DNA from: Sphagnum compactum
Lineage: Eukaryota
Assembly: GCA_965153455.1 (NCBI GenBank)
Contig: OZ234493.1
Coordinates: 8,298,213 to 8,362,212 of the forward strand
Direction: 5' to 3'
DNA length: 64,000 nucleotides
Below, piece after piece: positions 11,593 through 24,520 of this stretch (position 1 is the stretch's first letter; every line of letters begins with the position of its first letter). The translations under genes were made by a program, and so were the position numbers. A model generated the notes under the pieces. It was not told where the DNA came from. It saw nothing but the letters and a program-made list of their open reading frames with translations, and did no database searches.

Positions 11593-13040
11593 AGTGGGAT
11601 TTTTTTAGGTGCATAACACAACATGTGTAACCATGGCAAATAGGTAAAGGTCTTATTGGATTTTTTTTGGTTTACTTAACAAAATCATTACTTACGTCAA
11701 GGACGAAGGGTCAAATTTAAGTACCTTGACTTCAACATTAACAAATGTTGTATTTTGTCTTCTTTTTCAATCAACCAATCCATTTATGGGATCATGTTTT
11801 GGCCATGCCATGTCCAAAGCATGTTAATATGTTTATGACTATTCCAAAATGTGTGTTGGATTTCAAAAATGAGTTAAAAAAATGCTCAAACATCATTGTA
11901 AAAAATTATAACCTAGATTTTAAAATATGGGAAGAGGAAACAAAAGTGGAAGGATTCTTGTATTATTGCAGGGCTACCAAACAAGGATGATAAAAATGTT
12001 TTTGAAGACACAATTTTCATCACAAATAATTATGTTCCAAGAAACATTGGAGTATCAAAATGTAATATCCATTTGTTATATGGGTGATAATAGTCTTTGG
12101 ATTTATCATCATGAATGTTAGTGTGCTAAACTTGAGCTATTGTTTAAACTATTATGGATATTTTACTATTGGTGGTCAAACAATGTGCATTAAATCAAAG
12201 TTAAAGATTTTGGTTGTTGTCAAATGCACTTGCATCTACTTTCACCTTGTGTATTTTAATGAAATATGAAATGGTCATAATTCAAAGTTTAAATTAACCT
12301 TTGATTTAAAGTGACTCATAGTTGTTGGAGTTCAAATTGAAGATGAACTCACAAATGATCAATGTATTAACACCATTTATGGCATTCTCTGGCTCCTACA
12401 TTAATGCCATAGCACATAACATGTTAGTCATCATGTTGGACCTGCATTTTTAAAACATGGTCACATGATTATGTGGAGAATATAATTGGTATTGATGTTG
12501 TTGCAAAATAAAAATGTTGAAATTGTGTACGTGTTCTTATTGCAAGTTTACTTACAAATTGGAATCATGTGACGACAACAACAGACCCAACAACACTTGA
12601 AGATGATGACTATTTTTTTGGGCAAATTATTTATGTTGATGATGCCATCATGTCAACATTGAAAAATGAACTATATATATTTTGACGATTATGTGTATGA
12701 TTAGTAAAAACCAAGAATCCCTTAGGGTGGTGGGCAACACATGCAATGCAATTCCCACATTTACTCCATCAAGTACTTGGCATTGTAAGCTCATAGATTG
12801 AAACTGAAATAATTTTGAGTGTTGTTAGTGTTATCACAAATCTTTGATGATTTGGCTTGAAGTTGACAACTTGGATCACCTCATTGTTGTCATTAAAAAT
12901 TCGCTTAATGATGCTCATTTTGGATGTGAAGGAACCAAAAAAAACACACTGGATTGAAAAACATAAATTTCTCACATGTGAAAACATATTGATTAAGGAA
13001 CATAAAAACCTCATTGAAAAGCAAGATCTTTTTCAAAAAG
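11593..13040 (+). pseudogene. hAT transposase fossil 1, C-terminal part
   Basis: GFF*VHNTT...GLLNKIITYVKDEGSNLSTLT, a CFGHAMSKAC-like block, KTQFSSQIIMFQETLEY, HNMLVIMLDLHF, and the dimerisation domain KNPLGWWATHAMQFP...LGIVSS*IETE. Confidence 0.8.
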
Positions 13041-14397
13041 ATTTAAATTTCAATTGATTGAACAAGCAGGTAATTCAACTTCTTTTGAACTTGTATGTGA
13101 TTTGCAATGTTTGCAAATCATATTCTTTTGTTGTTGAATCTTTGTTGCAATTTTCCAATGGTGAGGTGGGCAAGAAGACAATTATAGTCTTAAAAAAAGG
13201 TCAAGTGACCATAAACATCTTTCGATTATGTTGTTTTATTGTTCCATTGATGAATGGGTTTCCCTTGTGTTTTGGTTCTATTGATGTTTGGGGGTATGTC
13301 TTCCAAATTTTCTCATTTATTTTTGGGTTTTGTTGATGCATGGGGGCAACAAGTCAAAAGTCATTTTTTTAATTTTTTAATGTTTTAGGATTTAACATCT
13401 AACTTCCAAAAGCTACCACACACCCAAGCAAGCACACTATCATGGAGATTCACCGCAAAAATGAGGATAAAAACTTGCAAGCAAGTAATGAGAAGGAAAA
13501 AAACCTACAAGCAACAACACAAGCAAAGAAAAAAAAAGAAAAGAAAAAAGGTAAGGGATGGGAGAATACTTGAAATTGTCAAAATTGCCAAATATCCCAA
13601 GAAAGAAGAAAGGCCGCCATAAAACATAAAGTCAAGATCAAGCCTTAGAGAGGGAAAAGCTTTGACAAGGACAGAAAGAAACAACTTAAGTATGACGAAA
13701 TGAGGAAACCTTGAAAGCTCAACTCAACCCTAACAAGATCCGAAACTTGACACAAAACAATCACATTGTCAATCATCATCAATCACATTGTGGAGTGACA
13801 AATTTTGGGTTTAGGGATTTTTTTGCCCAGTTCCTAGACACATGTCTCATGATGGATCTTGGAACTATGTGGATCTCCGGTTCGGGTTTACATCTGGCTT
13901 CAAATTGCTGGATTGGTTTCTGGGTATGGGTATTTGTATCCGGATCCTTGCCCGGCGATTCTTACACGCCCAGACGGATACTCGGCCAACACTGGTCTTT
14001 ATTCTTTACTCCTTTCTTACGTGATGGGGAACAGGGAGGGTGGGGGTTTAAGATTCCCCAGGATGGATTATATTGATTTGCATGGAAAGTTGGAATTTTT
14101 AAGGTAATGTGTGTGTGGGAAGGGATTTGGATTAGAATTTGGTGCTCTAGTAACACTCTTGTTCAGCAAATTAGTTTGTAGTATGTCCATGGCGACAGTG
14201 TGTGTTGTGGGTCTTCTTCTTGCTTCCTTGCTTCCTTCCTGGCATGGGTTGAAGCGTAAGCGGCGAGTTTGCTTGCATGCGTGGGGGAGTTGTTGATGTT
14301 GTTGCGTCAAAATCTCTCCTGAGTTTGAAGCCCGATGATCCTCCCACGATGATGATGACCATTGTTTCGAAGCAGTAGTTGAAGCTTGAATGCCCTC

Positions 14398-14423
14398 AGA
14401 GAGAGAGAGAGAGAGAGAGAGAG
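14398..14423 (+). repeat. (GA)n microsatellite in the 5' region of the PAT gene
   Basis: Uninterrupted GA run just upstream of the first in-frame ATG. Confidence 0.9.
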
Positions 14424-14609
14424 GTCTTGTGGAAGTGCATAGTAATGGACAATGAAGAGCATAGCGAGGGTTTTGGAGCAACTGGTGGAGAAGAACAAAA
14501 TTCAAGCAACCTGGCGTGGAAATCATTGAAGAGAGGGTTTGGTACGGGAGGCGGGAGGAACTGGGGAGCTTTGCTGCTGGGATGCATAGACTACTGTCCG
14601 CGCATCAAT

Positions 14610-17600
14610 ATGTCTTGGAATGTATTCCAGCTTTGTGCGGGCCTGAAGGTGATAGGATCGTTCATGATTTTCCTAGTTGTATCCATTGTCGGAGTTTCCT
14701 ATTATGCTGTTGTGATCGCCAATTACACTCCACAAGTTTTGAAAGGCGGATCAGCAGCAACTATTGCGACTGCTCTTCTTGTTCTCATTCTCTTCCACGT
14801 CCTGGTATACCAATTTCTCCGTGTCTGTCATTTGCCTCTTGTGACTTTTTCTCATCTCACTGTTTCTTTCTACTAACCCTGTTCTGGTCATATCATACAG
14901 ACAATGCAAATCTGGCTGAAATTCAATTCATATTTGGGGTTCTGTCTTGAACAACACTTCACATCAGATTCCTGCCAATCTTTTGCAATCTTCACGATGT
15001 ATATCCAACCTCAGGCCTAGGTTTAATGGGTGGCAACTTATGTAGGTAGGATCTATGTGTTCAAACATTGTAGGTTTTCGAGGTATGTATGCTCGATGGA
15101 ATGTAAAACAATCTGATCTCCTACATGAGTAAGATGGGTGCAGTTGGCAATGCTCCTGTGGAGCTACTTTGCAGTGGTTTTCACAGATCCAGGGGGTGTG
15201 CCACAAGGGTGGAGGCCTTCTTCTTCTTCATCAGAGGATGATCTTGAGATGCAATCGTCACCACTAGTAGATCAAACAGCTGAAATGATGACTGTAGCAG
15301 CAAGTCTAGAGATCACGCCTCAAAGTGCAAATGTCCGTTATTGCAAAAAATGCTGCCAATTTAAACCCCCACGTTGTCACCATTGCTCTGTCTGTAAGTT
15401 TTCTATATTTTCCAACTCATTGTAGACCTCCAACTGGCTTCAAGGTGAAAGACCATCCAGGTTCAGATTGTCAAAAGGGTTGGCCTTAGCTGATTTGACA
15501 GTACTCAACTTGGCTCTAGTTCCTTCAACGTAGTTGTTGATTTGTCAAACTATGTTAGGTTTGGGCTTACAAGTCAATGGTGACCTGAAGCCATTCAATT
15601 ATTACAAAGTAACCTTAAATCCTGTGGTGTTTCCAGGAGTGATTGATTTTTGATGATCAATTTAAAGCTTTTCTGTTAGCTTAGGTGCATCAGTTGGTGC
15701 TCACTGGGAAGCACAGTTTCATTAAGATTTATATTTTTCTGTACATCTGTGTATCTCAGTGTAAAGTTAATGTATTGTTTAGTTGCATCTTCTTCTTCTT
15801 CTTCTTTTAATTAATTAATTAATTTTTTGGGGAGCTCTATATTGGGTTTTTGCATAACTAAACTTTATGTGTTGGACAGGTGGGCGCTGCGTATTGAAAA
15901 TGGATCACCACTGCATTTGGGTAGTCAATTGTGTTGGAGCTCATAACTACAAGTTTTTCCTTCTGTTTCTTGTAAGTACTGGCCATTATCCCAGACCTTG
16001 GTGCAATGTTCAGGTTGGAATGTTGATGCATGCAAAAACCTTGACTGTATCCAAGGTTGTATAGATGTTCAATGCACTTGTGAATCTGAGAACCCTAATC
16101 TGTTCTGGTTTTACCCTTTGAGGATCTCTAAAGCAAAATGCTGTTCTAACACCAATTGATTCCAACACGAAAAGGATATGCAGCTTTCTTTTGCAAACTT
16201 CTTATTTCTTGGAAGGGTTAATGTTACAGATGTACACATTTTTAGAGACAACGTTGGTGACAGTGGCCCTTTTGCCACCATTCATTAACTTTTTTGGTGA
16301 TATTGAGGAGGATTCTTCTGTCCCGAATGATCTTGCAACCACCTTACTTGGCCTTGGTGAGGATCCTAGATGCAAAGTGCTTGCAGTGGTTTCTTGTCCT
16401 TATGGTCAGCAATTGATCATGGAGTAGTATACCTTAGTGCGTGCTTTTTAAATGCTGAATCAACCCCAGTTGTAGTTTGCATTTACAAATCACCTCAGAC
16501 TTGAACCCTACTGAAAGAAGCCTTGCAGGGCCCACTCCCAAAACATTTCCAGCAGGTTGTAGCTTGGTCACTTCATGTGATTTTAAGTAGACAAATAGAG
16601 TATGCATGCATGGATGTGGTCACATGTCTTCAGAGGGTTGGCTATTTTAAATGACTTGCAAGTACTTTGTTGGTACAACACTGAACAAGTATGGTTGTTG
16701 AGCACAGTGCTGAATCTGGCATTTGCACTCAGTTTGCTTGGCTTCCTCATCATGCACATGTCTCTGGTTGCTGGCAACACTACCACTATTGAGGTACCTT
16801 TCTTTTCTTGGTCATCTTGTTTGAATGGCTATGCGTCTTGCACGCTTAGGTGACATTATGACTTTCTTTCTGCGGACACAGACCTCTGGAAATGCAACAA
16901 GAACTCAGGATGCAGATTTTGTATAATTTTTTGCCCTAATTTTTGAGCATAGTCTTATATTCTGTTGTACACCCATTTTTGGGAGCTGATGAAGTCAGAG
17001 AGGAGTATTGACAGCTAATCATTGCCATTCATGATAGAGGTGATGGTCTGACACTCTCAAGGTTATGACAACACTCATAATTATCATGTTTGTTTGCGTT
17101 TGGCCAAAAATGACACAACCTTTCTTTGGTTGCCTTACATGTTTTTGTAGAGTTTTTCTCTGCAATCAATCACTATATATTCTTAGTCATCTTTTTTCCT
17201 TTTAGCTTCATCTCTTCTATCATAGGCATATTCATCCCTAGCCCTGATTAGATGACTCAGGATATTTGCATAATTGCAGTGTTCAACATCACCATGGTGT
17301 GAAGTGTCCAATGATAGGCAAAGGCTTGCGGTGACCCAGAGGACCCATTCATATCCAGTCCATAATATGAACATGAACATGCATTGCTGAACTGAATTCT
17401 ATTTCATCTGACAATAGAGAAGTTTTTTAGAGCAACATCTAAAGCAGACAGATTCATTTCCATTTACAGTACGATTTTCTCCTGCGAAGTCTTGGCTGTC
17501 TGATTTTGTGAGGTGCACTACCTGAAGGCCGAGAGGACCAAGTAATGAGCTAGCTCACCAAACCATTCTCCAAAGTTAGTAGCACCAGAATGGTTTGGTG

Positions 17601-18194
17601 GCCTCAAGGATCTTGTGGATGAATCACGATGAGAGAGACTTTGCTCATGTGTCAATATCTCAAGTTTACCAACTGGAGGTGCCCTGGTCATAGAGGGTGC
17701 ATGGTCAAGATGATGGACTTTGTATAAGCAAAATTAAGTTGTGTAAAATTCAAGTAGAGCTTGTTTTATAATGGTGGCTGATGTTGGGAATCTCTGTTTA
17801 TTTGGTTTGTTAGACATATGAAAAGAAGGCATCTGCAAGATGGAGATTTGATTTGGGATGGAAAAGAAACTTTGAGCAGGTAACTGAGTTTCTGTGATCA
17901 CACTGCTTTGTGTAAAATCTCAGATGATTCAGGGTGGGATATCATTGACAGAGTGCTTTCATTTATGACCTGATTGCAGGATTGCCAATTTGTCAAATGT
18001 AGCTCTCATTCTTTTGAGCAATGCTAATGATCTTTGTTTTGGGCGGGGGGGGGAGAAATTTGTGGCAGGTGTTTGGGATGAGGAAACTTTATTGGTTTCT
18101 CCCACTGTATGCAGATGATGATTTGAGACAGATGACAGTACTGCAAGGTCTTGATTATCCTCTCAGATTAGATATGGATGGCCAAGAGTTTTAA
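14610..18194 (+). CDS. DHHC-type protein S-acyltransferase (palmitoyltransferase), PAT12/13/14 group, ~313 aa
   Basis: Exons 14610-14804, 15144-15393, 15880-15971, 16230-16356, 16708-16793, 17814-17879, 18069-18194; all GT-AG and in phase. Motifs: [55 protein letters not shown] (TTxE), [14 protein letters not shown] (PaCCT). An in-frame upstream ATG lies at 14445. Confidence 0.95.
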
Positions 18195-21100
18195 GCAATC
18201 CTGGCAAGAGATCACATTGTTGTCATGGACACACTAATCAATTGCTTGTGCAACTCTACCACCCACTGGAAACAGGGTTGCTGTGTAATGTATTTGTATA
18301 TGTCTGTTTTGGTATAACAGGAAAGTTGAAGCTTCCTTTTGATTTGGTTGCTATTTACTAGGGCCTACCTGGAGTTTGTCTTTCTTGTGAAAACAGGAAA
18401 GCGGAAACTTTCTCCTCATATGACACCATTCACCATGGCACTAGTCCATGTAGGTATTACTGTAGTTGAACTATCACCATGATTACCAGTTAGCAGATAT
18501 TGTGCTCATACTATGGTTCTCAACTTTTGACCTCAGTGGCTTTGAATCCTAATAGACTGCTTAAGAAACAACAGTTATTGTGTGTGCAGGAGTGTGCCTA
18601 AGGAAGTATGTGTTCTTTCTCACACCATATTGATTTTCTTTAGGGCTACTGATTAACCCAAGATTCAGAAGGCCTAAACATTGGCATTTTTGACAATCAT
18701 TCTTGGCCAGAAACTCAGGTATTAACATGATTTGTATTGCCTCATGTGGATTCCAATATTTCATATTGGAGCAGTCTCTAGTCAGGTTTTGTAGCTCTAA
18801 GAGTTTCTTGTAGCTCCAATGGTGGGCTTAATTAGTCTTCTGAGACTCATCAACTTCAATATAGAATAAACAAGAGGTTTATATGACCAAGAAAGTCTTT
18901 TGTTTCATGTTTCTTCCTTTGGAATCTTCAAAATGATTATTCAGGGACTTATTGATACTGGGTGAGGAACTTTCAAAGCCTGATTTGTACCTAGAAGAGC
19001 ATGCTCTTGAAGTTGTCCATCGAGATCCTCTCTCTTCCTTGTTCCTTATTTGGTTCCTTTCTGGGGTGCTTTTTCTTTTTGTGTTTTCTCTATCTCCCTC
19101 TTTCCTCAGTTAGTTCCTTTCTTGGGTTTCATCTTCTTGTGTTCTGGCTTTCTTAATCCAGCATATGGATATTTCTTAATGCCAATGAGGGTTATTCCCT
19201 TTCATCTCTTTTCCTTTCATGTTTTGGTTGAACTAGTCAGCATCATGGCCAAGTCTTCCTGTTACCACTGCTCTTGTTTTCACAGAAACCTAGTACGTTG
19301 AGGACTGTATGATGTGTACCCTTCGCTCACTGCTAGGAGCTAATGAAGTCAGTGTGCAGATGTTATGGTAAGCTACACACTGACTGCATTTTGCTGTTGA
19401 ACATCATTGAATATTGTGGAGACATCAACTGCTCATTTTTCTTCTGTGTTTCCCAAGCATTGGATCTTATGTCTTATCACAATATTCTTTAGGGAGACAT
19501 ACCTGCCTGTGCTGAGAATCTTGATGCCCTGATTGGCTACCTCTTAGGTCATGAGTTATGCACAATAACCTGCGACTGTTGTTCCATTAGTGACCACTCA
19601 GCACAATCTACTGACATTGGCTCTCATTGGCTCAATGATTCCACAACCCCATTACTTCTTGAATGAAAGGTAATATCCCTTCATGGATGAGAAGAGGTTG
19701 CCATGATCCTCACTAGGGTCAGTTATACCCAGTAACCAGCTCAAGACTGCCATTTGCATAGCTCGTTACACTGCCAGTAAGATCAAAACATGATAGTCTC
19801 AAAATGAGCAACTAATGATTAAGAAAGCCAGAACACGAAACATGTCACTTGTTGCCTTGGAGCAAAATTTAGATACAATAAATAAAGCCGATAAAACCTG
19901 AGATAAGGTGAGAACATTTGTGTGAGAGGATGCAAGTTCTGTAGGTTATAAAAATTTGCAGTTGATTCCAAACAGGAAAGTATGTTTTGGATCAATGGGA
20001 AGGTTCATGATCAATTCTCAGAATGTGACTGCACCTTACTCACACAATTTTCTGACCACTAAAGATCATAAAGATTAGAGCCCAACAGCTCAAGAGTATT
20101 GTGAACTTCAGGGCCAGTGAGACAGATTATATTTAAACCCTAAATCCTGACCCAGTACCCACCAGTGAAAACTGCGAATCCCATCAACTTTCACATATGG
20201 CATACCCCTTTATAATGTCATATGGCACACTGACATCATAAATATGTTGATGTCTCCAGCCCTAAAAGTGGATTGAGAAGAAGGCATTGCAAGCTACTGG
20301 AATAATGCCTGGTCAAAATTCCCATTGAAATAAAGCAGTAGATGAAACTTTGCATGCAGATGATATGCCGATAAGTTGTCCATGAAACAATACCTGAGAA
20401 CAATACTTGGATCAAACTTAATACATCAAATGCACATTTGTGCCATTTGGTGGATTGATGGTAAGCACTAGAAGTGTGGCACCATTGTGTGGAAGGACAC
20501 TCAAAGCATTTTCACCCCTGTTCAACAGTGAATATAAACCCCAAAACCACAGTTTTAGCATGAACAATAAATAAGAGTTCTGCACAGAACAGAACACACA
20601 TACAGTTAGGTGTGAATTCTAATTCCAAGGTAAATTGTTTTAAATTTGCAATTCCCAATAGTGTGGCATGTCATTTTTAGTACCAACCTCACCATTGGAG
20701 AAACATTGTTTTCAGAGGAGGTAGGGTTTTGTTTACAGAGAATTCACCTAGAACAAGCTTGAACTGCCAACCATCTCTTGTATTCAAAAAGTAAAGTAGT
20801 TGTATTGTAAATTGCAATGAATGGTGTATGAGCATCTAATTGAGGGCAAATGTGACAACAGTGATCGAGGTGGTCCATATAGATTTGGATGTTTTTCAGC
20901 CCAAAAAGGCCTCTTTAGAATCACAATTTAACATTGTTGGAACCTCATTACAGCAATGTGTATTTCAACAACATGGGCAAGCCAAATTTTATTTCACTTT
21001 TGGCCATGTGCCCGTGTTTGTTTGGTCTATGTAATTAGAATTCATTGAAATAAGACATGAAATGAATGTGTTTGTTACCCTATGTTCCAACTCAATGAAA

Positions 21101-22187
21101 TTGCTCGACTAAATGATTGAGTTACTATTGACAAATGTTGAAAATATGATGTGATAATGTACAATTGGAAAATCATCCTTAGGGGTTTACATGTGGATAA
21201 AATGGCTAGCTCCTGATTTCAACCTTTCATGTAGGCTTATGTTTTCAAGTGTACGTATCTTTGTAGCAAGGTTAAAGCTTAAAATTTATGTGAAGTCTTA
21301 GCGCACAATGGTATTAGCTTTGAGCTTTCTTTGTGTCATCACCCACTCTTTGCTCATAAGTGTTGAAACAACTTGGAAGTGATCAATTACAAGCAGATGC
21401 ATGTTCACAAGGTTTGATGATAATGTCAAACTACACAACCCAACTAAATTTATGTCTTTCTTGAACATAATTTATTTCTTGAGCATTACAAATCCACTTC
21501 ACAATTCAAGACAATTATAATGGGCATCGAAGTCTAATTTTTGAACCCCTATAACAGTTCACATAATATTGGGACTCTGATGACAATTCCATTTCATTTT
21601 GTGCACATGTCAAAACCTCATGCACCCCACAAAAGTACACAAGATTGTTAGTCAAATTTGAAGATCAAAAGCAAATATTGGCAAAAAAAATAAAAATCTG
21701 GTCCAATGTCCAATCCAAGTACATATAGAAAACACCACAAAAAAAGGTTGGCATTGTGACATCCATAAAAGTTCAGTAGAGAGAGAACAATGAAAGCTAG
21801 TCTTTCAAGTATAAAACACTGCAAATCTATAAAAGTCCACTGCAATGTGCGATTACTTCATTTGCAACATTCAAAACAATTTGTAACAAAGATGTGCAAG
21901 AAGGACATACACACACATGAAAAAATATATATGTTTTGAGAGATATCACAACAGAAACCAGTCTTTCAAGTATAAAGCACTTCCCGAAAAAAAAAAAAGA
22001 CAGAAAAAACATGTCACTGTGATATCCATAAATGTTCACTATAATCTGCAATTACTGCATTTGAAACATTCAAAGCAATATGCAACAAAACTGTGCAACA
22101 AGGACATAGCCACGCATGAATATATATACATACACATATAAGAGAAGGCAACAGAAGTTGGAGTCTTTCAAGAGTTCTTGTTATGTG

Positions 22188-24241
22188 TCATGTTACTACA
22201 AGAGGTATGCTTTGCGGGAAGTTGAAGACATTCTGGGAGTCCCATCTTTGCTTGATCTCAATCAAGGAGTTGAGGTTGGAGCCATAGTAAGCACTGAGGG
22301 GCATATCCCTGTCAATGTAATTTTGGTAAGCTTGTGGAGTGGCAAAAGGTCGCACAGTATTCCAGGAATTGTCAAGGAAGGTGAAATCAGTACTTGCTTG
22401 AGCTGCAATGCTCCAATAGGCCACCATTTGAATGGAGAACAGAGAGCTCCGGTGCACAAAAGCTGTGGCATCCGCTGCAACTTGGTTGATGTTTGAAGTT
22501 GGACCATATAAATCAAACAGGAAGAAGGCGTTGTCATTGGAGTCTGAGTGCATGGAGTTGAGCATTGCAGTGATGCCAGCATCAGAGAGACCAGCTGGTG
22601 CATTCACATAGATGGACTTCGCCTTGAATGTGTTTGTAGGAAGAGGATAGTTCTTGAGGTTGAGGACATCAGGATTTGAGCCTGTAGGGAAACCTCCATT
22701 TTGCAGGATGAGTGTGATCCAGTCGCTTTGTTGGGTGGTGGAGCTAGAAGCTGGTGGTGTGTTGGCTAAGAAGCTTTTGATCAGAGGAGGGAGTGAAGCT
22801 TGTGGACCCAGATACACACCCTCGATGTTGCTGTTCCCAAATGGGTCCAAGTAGAAAGAGGCTGAGATCTCAGGAACTGCGTTTGCTCCCCATGTTTGAA
22901 ACCCCTTGAAGGCTTGAAACTGCTGGCTCTGGTTTGTCCAAAAGTATTGGAAACGCGTGATGGGTCCAGAAACATCATGAACTCTGAAAGTGAATTCTAC
23001 AACAATTCCGTAGGAGTTGGCGCCAGCACCTCTGAGAGCAAAATACAAATCACTATTCTGCTGGGCATTTGCTATCACAAGGGTTCCATTGGCAGTCACC
23101 AGCTGAGCTTCCAGGATGTTGTCTGCGACCAGGCCAAATTTTCTGGAGCTGAAACCCCATCCACCACCAAGAGCATGCCCCGCAACTCCAACTGTCACAC
23201 AGTTGCCTGCTGGAATGGTTACCTTGCCGAGGTTCCAGAGCGCCAAGTACAGAGGTCCCAACCTCCAACCTGAGCCGATAGTCGCCGTCTGAGCTGCGTT
23301 ATTGTAGCTGATTGCGGTGAAGCCCGTCATGTCCACAACTAGACATCCGTCTCGACCACCTAGTAGTGTTTGCATCATGCCAGAACAACCCATGAGATCA
23401 TACAAGCAGAAAACAAACGAATTCAACAACTGATCATGATGATGAAACTATTAATTTATTCTAAACAATATATCAACACATCCATTTGGGATTGATTGTG
23501 ATTATGTTCATCATGAAATAACACGAAGGCCTTAAATTGAAGGCACAAAGGGCGTGACGATCCGTGACATGAGACAAGATCATGAAGATCTCAATACTAC
23601 TTTGCTTAATTACTTACCCAGAGAGTAGTCTTCATAAGAGTGACCACCACCACGAGGAGCAATACAAACAGCCGACTGCTTGGCACAATGCACCGCATTC
23701 TGCACTTGGGCAATCGTGGCGGGGAACACAAAGGCCGCTGGTGCATATCTGTTGCGCAGGTTGTTCACAATCCTGGCGTTGGTATAGGCAGTGGTGCCAG
23801 GAAATGCAGTCCTGGCACCCCCTGTTGCCAAACATTGTGCCAACAACGACGTCTTGCTTGAAACCAGCTTCCTATAAGTGCTAGAGCTGACAAATTCTTC
23901 ATCAATATGAGTGAATATATAGCCCTGAAGCAGCCAGATCAAACCATGAAGTTGCCATCAAACCCAAGAGTGAACAAGAGTTGTTTCAAAACAACAACAC
24001 CAGCTCGGACTCTAACTCTATACAAACTTGTAACCAAATGCATTCTTCATTACCCATGCATTATAAGTTATGTTACCTGCGTTTGATCATCTGAAGCTTG
24101 GGCAGTTGAAATGAAGCTGTTGCTGCAAAGATTAGTTAGTAGCAGACATGCTATGATCAAATTAGTCCCTAAGATGATACATTGATATTGATCACTACTC
24201 ATGTGCCTGGACCTGCATCTTCTTATAGTGATCAACTCCAT
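22188..24241 (-). CDS. Berberine-bridge-enzyme-like / AA7 FAD-linked (oligosaccharide) oxidase, ~547 aa, probably secreted
   Basis: Exons 24241-24077, 23924-23618, 23359-22188; GT-AG, in phase. RGGGHSYEDYSLGG (FAD His), PAGNCVTVGVAGHALGGGWG (FAD Cys), FALRGAG, and the C-terminal BBE motif AYQNYID...YYGSNL...KQRWDSQNVF. Exon 1 has a hydrophobic leader. The start could alternatively be 24202. Confidence 0.93.
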
Positions 24242-24520
24242 AGTACTCTTGAGAATGCCTGAATTAATTACAGAGTTCATTACCAAACTCAAACATATCC
24301 TGCAAATAATTCACACGACTACCGTCTATTGTCAAATTGTGGCTTAAGCAAGTTATAAATTTGTGATGTTGTCAACAACAAGTTCAAGAGGAAGTCGGAA
24401 AAAAGCAATTATGGGATAATTATATTGCACTAAATCACTGTTTCCAACAACACCAAAGGCACATTCCAATTCCTCCTAAATTTTCAGCTACGATTTAATT
24501 TAACTTTCAGTGAAGAAATC

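Noticed and set aside
1258-13994. Possible hAT TIR pair ATGTGTTGGCC (1258) / GGCCAACACTG (13994) bounding fossil 1
   Set aside because: The right end is plausible, but the left match is short and there is no 8-bp TSD, so the boundaries cannot be supported.
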